Assembly (NCBI GenBank): GCA_040954595.2
Contig: CM082587.2
Location: forward strand, 9,863,403 to 9,927,402
Reading direction: 5' to 3'
Length of the DNA stretch: 64,000 bases
Source: Balanoglossus misakiensis
Lineage: Eukaryota > Animalia > Hemichordata
The translations under genes and the position numbers were made by a program. Positions within the stretch are counted from its first letter, which is position 1, and each line of letters starts with the position of its first letter. This document shows, piece after piece, positions 13,729-26,775 of the stretch. The notes under the pieces are model-generated. The model was not told the origin of the DNA. It worked only from the letters and a program-made list of their open reading frames with translations, and searched no databases.

Positions 13729-15186
13729 TTAACCCCCTGTGCGGAAATTACCGGGGTTCGGATTAACGTGTGTTTGTATAGTTGTTTATTTGGGAGTGGT
13801 CGTCGTGCATAATGACTGTGTAATTGCTCTCATGTACACAGAAAATAATTGAACACTTTACACTTCCACGCGATTGACAACTGTTTGAATGGCGTGGTTA
13901 TTGTTTCCCAGGGACGCTTCTGAAAAGCACTGAAACCAGATTTCTCCCAAAATCATCGTTGTTTCAAAAGCTCGTGTACTTTTTCGTCGATAACTTTATG
14001 TTGTGTGTGTTTATAAAGCCAACTACTGTCGTTGTGTGGTGTAATTCTTTATGCTTGGACCTGTTTGGGCCGATTTTCATAGAGCTAAGATCATTGGTGT
14101 TGTCTGTTGTCAGTCAAACGGCATTAAGATTCGCCACTGATTTGGGGGGTCTTTTATACCCCGCACCGGGGTTTATGGACGACCACGATTTACACTTGAT
14201 TTACACGTTAGAAGTAAAATTTGCATCTACAACCCATGCAAGTTTACAGAACACGATTCAGCGAACAGGAATCCATTCCAAAAAATCGAGATTGATGATT
14301 GAACCTTTTCAAATTTACGATCAAACACACTTATTATATATTGATAAGTTTTTGTTAAATGGTAAAACTCATCGCTCTGATGCTCAAACTTCCTCCAATT
14401 TTCACTGTCCACTCGCCTTCCGTCTACAGCTGACTGAAAACGACAACACGAACTTTCACCAAAACACTTTCGTTTTATTATCGGGAAAATTCCGGACATT
14501 GCCGAAGTGGACACGTTCGGAAATCTTCGGAGACAAGCTGCACCTTGAAGGCGAGCTGAGACACGCATAGGGGGATTAGGAGATGTACTTCACACCTTTT
14601 GACAATAGCTTTGCTAGTCTGTTTTTCTCTTTGTCTGTGGTTAAACCCCGGTGCGGGGTATAAAAGACCCCCCAAATCAGTGGCGAATCTTAAACCCCGG
14701 TGCGGGGTATAAAAGACCCACCAAATCATTGGCGAATCTTAAACCCCGGTGCGGGGTATAAAAGACCCCCCAAATCAGTGGCGAATCTTAATGCCGTTTG
14801 ACTGACAACAGACAACACCAACGATCTTGGCTCTATGAAAATCGGCCCAAACAGGTCCAAGCATAAAGAATTACACCACACAACGACAGTAGTTGGCTTT
14901 ATAAACACACACAACATAAAGTTATCGACGAAAAAGTACACGAGCTTTTGAAACAACGATGATTTTGGGAGAAATCTGGTTTCAGTGCTTTTCAGAAGCG
15001 TCCCTGGGAAACAATAACCACGCCATTCAAACAGTTGTCAATCGCGTGGAAGTGTAAAGTGTTCAATTATTTTCTGTGTACATGAGAGCAATTACACAGT
15101 CATTATGCACGACGACCACTCCCAAATAAACAACTATACAAACACACGTTAATCCGAACCCCGGTACTTTCCGCACCGGGGTTTAA
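13729..15186. mobile_element. Palindromic composite: two inverted ~445-bp MITEs around a ~465-bp spacer, with a 49-bp terminal unit present three times
   Basis: 13730-14175 is the near-perfect reverse complement of 14739-15186. Each unit has TIRs TAAACCCCGGTGCGG. TTAA lies at both outer ends. Confidence 0.85.
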
Positions 15187-16462
15187 CCCTATTGCTACCG
15201 GGTGTCATAACCCGTTAGAGTCTCAAGTCCCATAAAGATACCTATTAACACTGGAGTACGTATACTGACAGTGTTGGTTTCTTTGATTAGCTGCCATGTG
15301 TGTATTTAGACTGGGTCGTTTGCCTCAATTAAGCTGTATCCACTGTTTATGATCATCTTGGCCTGATCAAATTACCTAGCAAGTAGCAGAGGCGGTTTAG
15401 TATGTACTCAGCTGTACAAATATTTGACATTACACACCAATTCATTCTCTCCACGGTCAAGTATGCCCGGCAATCTGGGGGGTAGGAAAATGACTACGTT
15501 TCCTACAAACTTGGCACTGTTAGGGTTAAAGTGGTCGAAATGTGTAATGCAACAGCACTGTGCAATATCCTTTGAGAAAGACAAAAATGAAAATGTTGCA
15601 TTTCGGTCGGGTATTTCTTTGTGGTGAAATGTAAACCAGGAATGTGTCAAACAAAAACTTATACGTGTAATACCAAATATCCATGTTCGCTGAACAGTAA
15701 ATATCCAAGCTCAAATAAGAAGTGCTGTAAAACTAATTTTCAGCTTGTTTTGTTTTGGGTACAGCCTCTATTTCAGGGATGGTCTGGAGAGAGGGCAATT
15801 AATTTTGTTTATCACATGAACTGGCCCAGATCACCACCTGTGTGACGTAGACCAGGACAGATCAAAAATCCAGATCACCCCTGTTCTACGTCATCAACCG
15901 GAACTATTTCCATGTTTCGCCGTAGCTTTGTTGTCAAACAGAAACAGTATGTGTAGCGGCATTTAAAATACAGAAATGAAATAAAAAAATGACGGTTCCA
16001 TGACAATATCGCTTTGTAAGCTCAAAACAGAAAGGTGGAATTTGGAAAAAAGACAGTCGACGCAACGATCATGGACAATCGTGGCTGTCAAAGTTTTGGG
16101 TCAGGTACACATAGCCTAGTCTAGGCGCAAGTCTGGTACGTTCCGAGTCGAATCAGTGTGGGGAATTGTTTCGAGCCAGTTCAGCGTGATGACTGAACCT
16201 CTATATTCCACCTGTCAACGAAATGTATAAGACGTGGTAAGAGGTCGCAGTAAAATTGTTAGAGAATCGATTACATTTGTGTAAGGCCGAACTTCGAGCG
16301 AACGGAACTCAACGGGACGACTTGTTGGGAGATTTTATGAATGATCAGCGATAGTTCATCATTTGCGTATATGCAAATCCCCAACATATATCTCCTGGGG
16401 GAAATAATCCCGCTCAGTAAAATACGACGCCGCTCCAAAATTGTTGCAAGATACTGAATTTT

Positions 16463-18504
16463 TTTAGGGGACCAAGCGCCCTCAGGCGCTTTGTCCCCTT
16501 CTGTTATTGCTGGAGTTTTTCTTCTTTCTTCTTGAGTCGTTTTTTTGCTCCCGTTTTTCTCAAAATCGACGTGGCCTAGGACCTTGAAATTTGGCACGGT
16601 GATTGGGGTCCATGAGTACTGGTGCACCTGCCCTTTGAATTTGTAATTAGTCACGTGACTTGGTGGCTATAATCGAGCGTAATTTTCAAATTGACCTAAT
16701 TTGCACGTTAATGGGGGCATGTACATTCTTTTCGCGATTTTTGTAGACCATGTGGCCAAAATCCCCTGTGCCAAATTTCAAGGTCCTAGGCCACGTCGAT
16801 TTTGAGAAGAAGATTTTTGTAATATTTTTCGCATTTTTTGGTGGGCTGAGGACGGACACTGGGGCATCGGACTTTGACCGTCATTACGTAATGTTGTGGA
16901 GATCCCATTAGCACGCTACTCACTTCTGGCGGGTTGCAGTAGTCCTTGGAAAATCGGCTGAAATACGTAAACTGTCCAGTGATTATTTTCCACAGAATGA
17001 ATTTTGGGACAACACATTATCTGAGTTCAGGCTGTGTTAGGGCGTTTTATTGAATTATGCTGAGTTTGTTAGCTGTTGCCGTTCAAATCTTTCTATCCAG
17101 ACCCGGCTACACTGGTTAACATTCAATGTAATGCGGCGGCGGACTTTGACCCTCAGTCGCTAATGTGGCCGAAATACATCAGCAGACCAATGATTTTCTT
17201 GCACGAAGGGAGTATGGTACCAGCAATAATCAGAGATCAGGCTTCGTTGCCGTTCAAAAGTTCCTACTTTAGTCGTGACGTTGCAACTGGACGTTCAGTA
17301 TGGGGGTTGGCCCGCAGGTGGCCGTGTGGGTTATCAGGTCGCCCGTAATGGCACGCAGCTTCATGCAGCTGTATGGGACCAAATAATACGCCCGATTCGG
17401 GGGTCACCTGTGACATCTGCGTAACTCAATTATGAGCATGCGTAATTGTGGAGTCAATGAAAGGGATGCTAGCATGGTATTTGTTGCACATGGATCGATT
17501 TGAAGTCCGATTTTCCTGTCAAGTTATGGGCGACCTTATGTGACATTTCACCTACTTTTGCTTAGTGAGCATCCACAGCAGATGCATGCAGCTTTGGCGT
17601 TGGGGGGTGGAGGGGGGGGGGGGGCATATACGGATGGGACCATAATGATATACCAAAGGCGGGGTCCCCTGTTGCACCTGCCTAAGTCATTGATTTTGTA
17701 CATTTAATTGGACACTAACCAACAGGGCAATAGGTGTAGTTTTTGTTCCACAGGGACGAATGTAAGTGTCAGTTTGTTTTTGCCCAAATGTCTAAGTTGA
17801 TTTGGATGACCTCTGTCGTACAGTGCCATATCTCAGCCCGTTGTACAGGTGCAGCTTTGGTATTTGGAGGGATGAAACTATCATGAAATGTCAAATACAG
17901 GGGGATACCTGCGACACCTGCTTGATTCATGTATTACGTGCATACCTAATGGTAAGCAAAGTGAAAGGGCTGCAAATGTAGGATTTGTTGCACATGACAT
18001 AAACAGGAATGAACATTTTTTGTCAAATTTTTGGGTGACCTCAGGTGTCCATTGACCTGCTTTCCATATGTTAGCACGCACATCATATATAGCCAGGTGT
18101 TTGGAGGGGTAGGGTAGGACCCTCTGCGTCATGAAATGCTAAATTCCTGGGGCCACCTGTAACTTACTCGCGTAACTCATTATTATGGCCATATCTAATT
18201 TGACAAACCCAAACAGCGAGGATTTTCCGTTGTCTTGAATATGAACCAAATAAGAATCCTAATTTTTGGATACCCTCAGCTGACCTTTAAAGTATACTTA
18301 CTGAAGTACTTACAACGTAGAAGTTCACCTTTGGTTGTTGTGTTTGTACTTGTAAGACATCCATTTCGGGTGGTTGCCTACTTCCCCATATCTCTACATC
18401 CAGAGCAAATACAGCCTACGCAATTGAATGGTACAACCCTGAATGGAGTCTTATGGTTATTAACTCTATGCTTGGGCCCCTTCAATGCTGCTTGCAGCTT
18501 TAAT
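16463..18504 (+). mobile_element. Non-autonomous Helentron/Helitron2, copy 2
   Basis: Starts TTTAGGGGACCAAGCG (hairpin) and ends GCTTGGGCCCCTTCAATGCTGCTTGCAGCTTTAAT; reverse complement of 3829-5870. Confidence 0.8.
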
Positions 18505-18545
18505 TATTCCTGCCTCTTCTAACGAAAAATAAGAAGACTGTTCAT

Positions 18546-18699
18546 GTGATAAATATATAATCCCATGACTTTTTTCTTTGTTACTTGTGGTTTTCGCGGA
18601 AGCGTACAACTTCTCGCCTGCGGCTCGAAGTTGCACTGCTCCGCGAAAACCACTCGTATACGATGACGTCAAACAAAGAAAGATATCATGGGATTATAT
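18546..18699. mobile_element. Short hairpin MITE
   Basis: ATATAATCCCATGA...GTGGTTTTCGCGGA/TCCGCGAAAACCAC...TCATGGGATTATAT. Confidence 0.6.
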
Positions 18700-18768
18700 G
18701 TAAGTAGGATGGGCCGGAGTTGTAGTTATTCGATATAACGAAAATGGTCAAAAGAGCAACTTTGTTCC

Positions 18769-18941
18769 TTTAAAGTGACAAAGTCTCTCTCTTGCTGCCC
18801 TTTTTCCCATTAATTTTGTTTGATACAGAACACCATTTATGTTAATGTACATGTGTATATGAAGTGAACCAATGTTCGACCACATACAATTTCCATAATA
18901 AATGGGAAACGGGCAGCGAGAGAGAGACTTTGTCCCTTTAA
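18769..18941. mobile_element. Internally deleted Kolobok-like MITE (family A)
   Basis: TTAA-AGTGACAAAGTCTCTCTC ... GAGAGAGACTTTGTCCCT-TTAA. Confidence 0.75.
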
Positions 18942-21694
18942 CTTACTAAATATACTGGGTGTATGATAATATGAGGTTAATACGAAAATACCGCAGAGTA
19001 TGCACAGGGACATTTATAGCGCCGCATATTGCCAATGTGTTGTGGAAGGCAATGGGTGGCACTAATGCCCAAGTATATACTTTGCAGAACGCCAGTATGA
19101 TCGATCATAGCTGCTCAGCTGAAACACAGTACGGAGTGAGCAGACATCTTTCTTTATTTATTTACATTGGAGGGGGGGGGGGTCTTGAAACCGTCTACTG
19201 TGAAAGTGCATTCCTATACATGGTTTTTGGGAACCTTGAAACTGTTGATGCACAGAATGGGTGTTCTGTACAGCCCTGCTACGTACAGTGTTTTAAGTGC
19301 ACACAACATTCTACTGTTCTCTATATTTTCACACAAACACACACCCTGCTCAGAGAAACCATCTGGTCCCATACGTCAATACACACTTGATTGTGTTCTT
19401 GAATAGTATGCACTAAGTTTCTGGAGAATATTGTTATCATGGTGACTCTTGTCTTATCATTTTAACTATTCATAATCAAAATGTATGTTTTAAGACATCC
19501 TGGCAATTGCTCATTCTCAAAATTATCACTTTCAATGATTACATGGTAATTTATCTTATTTTGTCTGCCAGTATCTTTGGTCAGTTGCTGAAGATCTTAG
19601 AAGTTTGCAACAAAGTGAGGATCACTCAGACATGTTGGAAATTTTACCAATAGGACATTTGTATGGTAAGTGCTGTCCACAACAATCTCGTTTCATATCT
19701 GTCAGCACATTATATACTTTCCCAGCATTGTCCTATCACCAAAAATATGCGAATTAACTGGCTAAATGTAAAATTGGTCAAAACTCTGGAACTCATCATC
19801 CCCTGGTCAGATTGATTTGAACATTGGCATGCATGTACCTTATGTCAACCTCATGCAGACCTGTATGTTTTGAGCTGAAATAATGAATTTTCAATTTTTT
19901 ATGATTTGTTTTGCCTTTTTTCACATTATTGTTAAACAATCTTCATCGATATAGGCAGATTTCCTTGAAATTTAATATGAAGCTTCCTATAGGTGGTCTG
20001 AGTTTCCATAGTTTTGTTCAAATTGTTGCAAAATTTGCATATTTATAATTTTGAAACATTTTTTGCCTTTTATGATCAATTTTTTTCTCTCTAAAACCGC
20101 TTGTCAGATTGCATTGAAATTTGGTAGGCATGTTTCTTGGGGTACCCCAAGTAAGTGGCTAACTGTTAAAGAAACCAGCTGTTCTATTTGGTGTATGTAC
20201 AGAACACGTGCCATTGGCAGCTTATGGGTCAGTCAGTGTTTGCCTGATGTTCTCTCTATGTGTGTGTGTGCGTCTGTCTGTATACCGGTGTAGACTTTTT
20301 TCTTGTGTGATCGCTAAATGGGACCACCGTGTCCTTGATTTTTATCAATTTGTGCATAATTTGCATATTTCTAATTTGGGGCAATTTTCGGTCAAAACTC
20401 ATGTTCTTGAAACCGTTTGTTGGTAGCCATGTTCCCAGGGATAACCAAAGTAAGCTGTTGTAAAACTTAAATTGGTGAAATTTCTATATTTGTGTTCTTT
20501 GGGCAATTTTTTGCCAAAAATTGTTTTTTTTTTTTTATGAAACCGCTTGTCAGATTGCTTTGAAGTTTAACAGGCATATTCCTTATGATTGAAGTAAGAT
20601 ATCGTAAAATTCTGGTAATATTTGCATATTTGTGTTTTGTCACTTGCGAACAAATATTGTTTTCTCTAAAACTGATTGTGGGATTGCTTTGAAATTAAAT
20701 GTGAATATTCTTAGTTGTTCCTCAAGTAAGTAAGTAAATTTTTTGTCTGCTTTGATTTCAGATCACTTGTTCTATAAAGTAATTATCAAGTTGAATGAAT
20801 ACAACTTGCAGACACAACTCAGTAACCTTGTTCATATGGAGAAAACTTTACCTCTATCAACTGATGACCCAAAGTAAAATGGCATATTCTGCTGTAGTGA
20901 TTGGTGGACATATTGCAAACAATAACATTTGTTACTTGTTCAAAACATCCTGAACATATACCCAGATGTAGTACCTCTATGCTTATTATCTATTTGCATT
21001 CTTGAAATACTGTAGACCTGGAAATTTTTGGGATGAGAAATTTTCGCGATATCAAAAGAGGTGACAATTTCATGACGATGAAATTTTGTGTTCTCTTATT
21101 TCACCAACTGTTTCGTTTTTCTCCGATTATTGACATCCATTATTAGCACTTTTTTATCAGCGAAATTATGTTTCGTCCTTTGTTCCTTCAACCAAACTTG
21201 CAACAGAGTTAATACTGACAGCTTGAAATCATAACATGTTGCAAATTCAAGTGTTATTTACAGCACCTGAAGTCCAAATAAGCACTCTGTCAGTGTACGT
21301 GTGATTGTGATTAATTTCATTTTTTTTTCTCCAAAATGTTTTTCCCTGAATAATTATGAAATTCATGTTACTATTACAAATACCCTGATATTGTGAACAT
21401 TAATTACCAGTGCCAACAAAATTAAGTAGCCAGATTTTTTATCATGTTGTCTTTGTTGACTTAAGTGCGGAAAGGATTGGTTTTGCATAAAATGATGACC
21501 ATATGCATACAGGCCTAACCTTTGCATAAGTAAAAGCGTATTATCAAAGTTGAATGCTTTTTATTCATGACATGGTTTGAAAATATTTCTTTTTTGCATT
21601 TTTTCTTGCTCTCGAAGCTCGTAAAAATTTATCGTTCGCCAACATTTCCAGGTTTACAGTAGTAGCCAAAAAGTAGCTTACAGTAAAATAATGT

Positions 21695-21795
21695 AATTAT
21701 GTGAAAATTTCCTAGAACCGTTTATATGTGTGTAGATTTTATGAATTATGTGAAAATTTCCTAGAACCGTTTATATGTGTGTAGATTTTATGAAT
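21695..21795. repeat. 49-bp tandem duplication
   Basis: AATTATGTGAAAATTTCCTAGAACCGTTTATATGTGTGTAGATTTTATG occurs twice. Confidence 0.9.
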
Positions 21796-22829
21796 ACAGA
21801 ATTTTGCAATATTTAGGACACTTATTAGCCTTTACCAAATGAAGTTGGCCACTGTCATGGGTTCTGTGTTAGGCTTTGTGAATATGATGGCATATGTGCA
21901 TGTGTTTAGCCGATTTTGTGTGGGTCAGATAACTCGATCAAAAATTCAAATATCGTGCAATTCGATGCTAACACTGGATCTTCAGGATCACAAATGGAAC
22001 TGAAATGGATTTTCAATCTGTTGGTTGGTTGTAAAAATTGAATGTGAGCTCATTTTGGAAATGAATTGTGGAAATTGAACAGTCATATAGTTCATATACT
22101 GCAGATTATTCTGTGGTTCAATACTACATAACTTTGGTATTGCCTCTCTTTACTGTGGGAGTGAAGAAAAATTGTCCCTTTCAAAATTCTATTTTTCTGA
22201 ACATTTGTTGAATAAACTATTGACAAGTAAGTTCTATTTTACACTTGGTTAGTTTTTATCAAGTAATTAAATTTCCTGTTTGATAAATCTGATAATTAAC
22301 TGGGAACTGTAAGGAACAATGTAACTCTGTTTTCTCCCCTGTTGTTGATATATGGTGGAATAATCTGAATGTCAGGCAGAATTTTTTGAATACTATCAAA
22401 TTCTTATGTCATTCCTTAAAAGGGAACATTTCAGATTGTTGCATTAGTTTAAAAAAATGTAGGGGGGGGGGGATTTTAAGTGACTTCAATCAGTTTTTAA
22501 CACACAGATTAAACAGACATGTTTTCATATGTATCTCTATTAAAAATTAATCAAAGTGTCTACAAATGAAGTTGCCACTGCCAAAAGTATGCAAGTGAGA
22601 TGTGAAAATGGTAAAAACTCAAAAACTATCATATAGCTTTGAAAATAATTGATAAATACCTTTGAAGGGTCTCTATTGTTTATTTTGTTTTTGATATCTG
22701 GAATTTTCTATTTTTAGTGATTTTTTTTAATTTCCCTAAAACTGCAGAGAAGGGGGGGGGGTGAAAGGGAGATTAATCATATACAGGTACAAGTTCATTT
22801 GTTGAACTTCTGTGAAAAGCTGCAATAGT

Positions 22830-23104
22830 TGTGGATATATAGTGAATCAACGTTGGACCACACACAACTTCCATCCCATATGTAGACACGAGAGTGGAAA
22901 AACTTGCCGAAATGAATAATCGGTCTCTACCATTTATTCATTTTGGCGAGAACTTTACTCTCATATCCTACACACAGGACAAAAGTTGTGTGTGGTCGAA
23001 CGTTCATCCATTATATATCCACAAGTAAAATAACATAAACGGTGTCTTGTATCAAACATAATTGATGGTAAAAGGGCAGCAAGAGAGAGACTTTGTCACT
23101 TTAA
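22830..23104. mobile_element. Partial Kolobok-like MITE (family A)
   Basis: Family A interior, ending GAGAGACTTTGTCACT-TTAA. Confidence 0.75.
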
Positions 23105-23786
23105 GCAGTATAACAAGTGGCAATTTGAAGTGGATTGGATAAAGCATGTCTGACTCATGGCGGGAGGATGTATGCATAGATACACAGTATGGCTCAAGCA
23201 CACATTTCAGTTTAACCCCCATTTCCCATAGCAGTGGGAGCTTACGGGATCAGTTGGCATCTGTCATATGTACATAGGTAGGTTAGGTAGGTTTATGTAG
23301 ATAGATGGGTGCATGTATGTATGCTGTCAAGGCCCATGCAGATGTGACTGAACCAAGTACATGTACATTGTACATTCAAACTTGTTTCAAGGACAGTGGA
23401 CTGTGTACAGATATACAGTTGTGCTATGTTCCAAATTAGTCCGGCCACGGGTCAGCCATTTTGTCATTATTTTTCAAGTCCAGAGCCATTTTGTGTATAA
23501 ACTTTGTACAAGGATAGTTATGCTGTTAGGAGACGGAGTTTGATGGCAATTACTGAAGTAGGCCAAGAAGTTGTTTACATTTTATTGGAAAACATAATTT
23601 TCTCTAACGATTGCATAATTATGTAAAATATCTTGAGATTTGTCAATGTAACTTTAAATATTAATCTCAGAATCTGTCTGATTTATACTTTCAAACATTT
23701 GGTCTGAAAAAGTCCTGTGTACATTATGATATTTTATAATAAAGAATTGCATTTCATAGCAATTTTAAAGGGACAAAGTCTCTCTC

Positions 23787-24646
23787 TGGCTGTCCTCAAC
23801 ATTCTGTTTTCCAATGAAACATTTCTCCTTGGATATTGAATGCCAGTTGAGAGAGTCACAGTGTTTGCTGTCGAAGTAGTAATGACAAGTAGATGAGTTG
23901 AATTCTGGGTAGATCATTTCATTAACTAATGTAAAGATTGGCAACATCACTTGGAAATGCATGGATATTTAACAGATGTCAAAATACAGACATGAGTGGA
24001 CATTGAAAAAATGAAATTCCTACAATCTTTCCAGGTTTTATAATTATATTAAGCTTGTATGTAACCATTTCTTTGTTATTCATAAACAAAACATGAGGCC
24101 CAGTGCATCTTGTTTCTAAAAAATAATGATTCAAATTGGTGCTTATACAGTTTATGGCTGCCATTTTGAATTTCCAGTATGATAAAATTGGTGATGATTT
24201 GGTTTGTCCAGAATTTGGCACAATGACCAAGCATATTTTAGTAAGCACAACAGGAATGAATATTTTAACTTGAACCAAAATGAACCAAAATTTATAAGTA
24301 TGACCAACCGTGTCACATTCAGACAAATTCGTTACAATTTCTCTGATAACTCCTTTATATGTGTAAATCATCACAATGACACATATGCTAGAAAATGAAC
24401 AACAAAACGGTAACACTCAAACCTCAAATGACAAAGCATGGATAGGCTAGTATAAACCAACCAGTGATAAAAAGTGAAAGTCAGAAATGTCTGTTTCTAT
24501 AGTTACATACCTGAAAATGCAGATGAGAGTGGATTGAGACCACTATTCAATGTATTCCAAAGAATTTTTGGATGAACAACGTGCATGGCTTCCGTAGGAT
24601 ACAGATAACTCAACTCGATGTAACCATTGATAAACCTCCTTCCATT
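23787..24646 (-). pseudogene. Orphan two-exon coding fragment of an unidentified gene
   Basis: Exon ending at 24511 (...SSAFS g|gtatgt) joins in phase 1 to an exon starting at 23949 (VMLPIFTLVNEMIYPEF...). Both outer ends are cut by MITE A termini. Confidence 0.45.
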
Positions 24647-24935
24647 AAAGGGACAAAGTCTCTCTCTCCCTGCCCCACTTCGATTAATTATGTTTGATAC
24701 AAGATGCTGTTTATGTTAATGTACATGTGTGTATGTAGTGAATGAAAGTTCAACCACACACAATTTCCATCCCACTTGTAGACACGAGAGTGAAAAACTC
24801 GCCAAAAAGAATAATCGGTGTCTACCATTTATTCATTTGGGCGAGATTTTTACTTTCATATCCTACAAAGGGGATGGAAGGTGTGTGTGGTTGAATGTTG
24901 ATTCACTATATATCCACATGTAGAATAACATAAGC
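24645..24935. mobile_element. Kolobok-like MITE (family A), truncated by the next element
   Basis: Starts TTAA-AGGGACAAAGTCTCTCTC. Confidence 0.75.
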
Positions 24936-25830
24936 AGGGACCGTTCAGTTTTTACGGCCGGGGGGGGGGGGGGGGGGCAGCAAAATCCAGGGGGGGGACA
25001 CTTAAATTTTGAAGTCCAAAAGGGGGGGGGGGTCATCTGTTTTTTTAAACGTTTAAGGGGAGGTCACATACTTTTGCCTCCGAACTTTTGCTTTTGAGTC
25101 CACAAAATTGTAGTTTCGCATCCCTTATTTTACCATATTTTCACCCACCCCCTTCATTCTCTGCCACATTTCATTTTTTGCTGGTTTGTCTAGTGTACCA
25201 GGGTAGAGTGCTTGCCACCCCAACCCCCACCGATGATAATATTTAACAAAGTAAATACATAAAGGAGAATAATCATTTCAACCATTTTGCATAACTGATA
25301 GTTTCGTGCTGCATCTGCTATATACTAGAAGTTTTATAAATGATGTCATGACAACATGACGCCAAATCTTCTAACTTTGAGTAGAGTGGCAAAAAGTAAA
25401 ATCGGTCCTCCCAAACATTGAGATAATTTGCTTTTGAGTTCATTAAAATGCAACTTTGCGCTACATATTTTACAAAATTTTCTTATCTGGGAGGGGGACA
25501 CCCCCTCCCACGCCCACCCCCACCACTTTTCTTGTTTTACCAATTCTAGCAACTATTGTATTGACTTGTCATTTTAATTTGTTCATAGATTTCTTTATTG
25601 CAACGATATACTATTATATACTTCAATTACTTTAAGAAATTTATAATTGAGGTGTGAGGAGCCTCATTCCCTTTATTGCATACAATGTACATAGGATCAG
25701 GACGGCGAATGTTTTCGGCGTGGGGGGGGGGGGGGGTCATCATATTTTTGGGTCTGTCAAAGGGGGGGGTCATCATTTTTTGCTCCTGGGTGAAGGGGGG
25801 TCGGCCTGATTTTGAAAACCGATGACACAA
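24936..25830. mobile_element. G-tract-rich non-autonomous DNA transposon (Harbinger-like); related copies at 55460-56459 and ~51990-52355
   Basis: Left end AGGGACCGTTCAGTTTTTACGGC; the complementary end GCCGTAAAATCTGAACGGTCCCT is at 56437-56459; interiors are collinear. Confidence 0.65.
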
Positions 25831-26775
25831 ACAAGTGGTGCTAGAAAAAAATTGACCAAAAATTGTCTGTACAAACACATATGAGAAGCAACTTCTTTCA
25901 GTCAGCCCTGGAACAGACAGACAGACAGACACACACTAACCTGCCACTGGTAATTAAAAATTTAATAGCTGGTGGTCTCTGTAACAGCTGGCCTATTAAA
26001 GTTATGTAAACATGTCTAAGTTGGGGGTAACAACTCCTTGTAAGCAGTAACTTTCAAAACAACTGGACAATTGGTTTAGGAGAAGATTTGCTTACCAAAA
26101 ACAAAGAAACTTACCAAATAACTCGCTAAATTTTGAATATTTCTGATATTATAAATAAATAATAATTTATTTATAAAGCGTCAGTATCCACAAAAATATG
26201 ATCAATGACGCTAAAAGCAAATAATACACTACAACAATTGGCTAAAAGCAGATTTAAAAAGTAAAGTTTTGACATTTGATTTAAAAACAGATAAGTTTGG
26301 TGCCTGAATTAGGTGCCTGTATCAGAATCGAATAAAAGTTGCACATATACATGTATGTGTTATGAAACTATATCCTAAATTTCAAAGCAATCAGAGAAAA
26401 AAACAAATTTCAAAGCAACCCAACAAGCAGTTTCACAGAAAATATTTGTTCAAAAGTGGCCAGAACACAAATATGCAAATATCACCAAAATTGTACAATA
26501 TCTTACTTCAATCACTACAAGGAACATACTGCCAAAGTTCAATGCAATATGACAAGCGGTTTCAGAGAAAACAATTTTTGACAAAAATTGCAAAAGTTTC
26601 CCCGGTAACACATTTAGGAAAATATCACATTTTTTTACAACATATTACTTAGGTTACCCCTACGAACATGCCTACCAAATTGGAAAGCAATCTGGCATGC
26701 GGTTTTAAAGAAAAAAAAATTGACCAAAATTGGCAAATATTGCTCAAAATTATAAATATGCAAATTTTGCAACAA

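Larger units (their letters stand above)
6948..20877 (+). pseudogene. Divergent CMTR2-like (FtsJ/RrmJ-fold) pseudo-methyltransferase with an open 3' half and stop-interrupted 5' exons
   Basis: Phase-compatible exons 11015-11169, 11661-11793, 12535-12639, 13055-13138, 19572-19665 and 20762-20877 give TVHLIT...ALKRLVSGGCVIF...FLTRCSVGVLHILNSCFEKV...YLWSVAEDL...MLEILPIGHLYDHLFYKVIIKLNE, resembling CMTR1/CMTR2 motifs. Exon 9138-9235 has GKSIQRICSSRFV. In-frame stops occur near 7968, 8140, 9604 and 10799. Possible further exons lie near 3590 and 6185. Confidence 0.7.

Noticed and set aside
13959-14956. 203-aa and 76-aa ORFs with near-identical N-termini
   Set aside because: Products of the inverted MITE arms, with TTG starts and no recognisable domain.
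3829-18504. One 14.7-kb transposon with 2-kb TIRs (Polinton or foldback type)
   Set aside because: Each arm has its own Helentron ends, there is no shared target-site duplication, and the interior holds host exons that continue beyond the right arm.
24960-25035. Clustered poly-G tracts as functional G-quadruplexes
   Set aside because: They are intrinsic to the MITE family and homopolymer lengths are unreliable.
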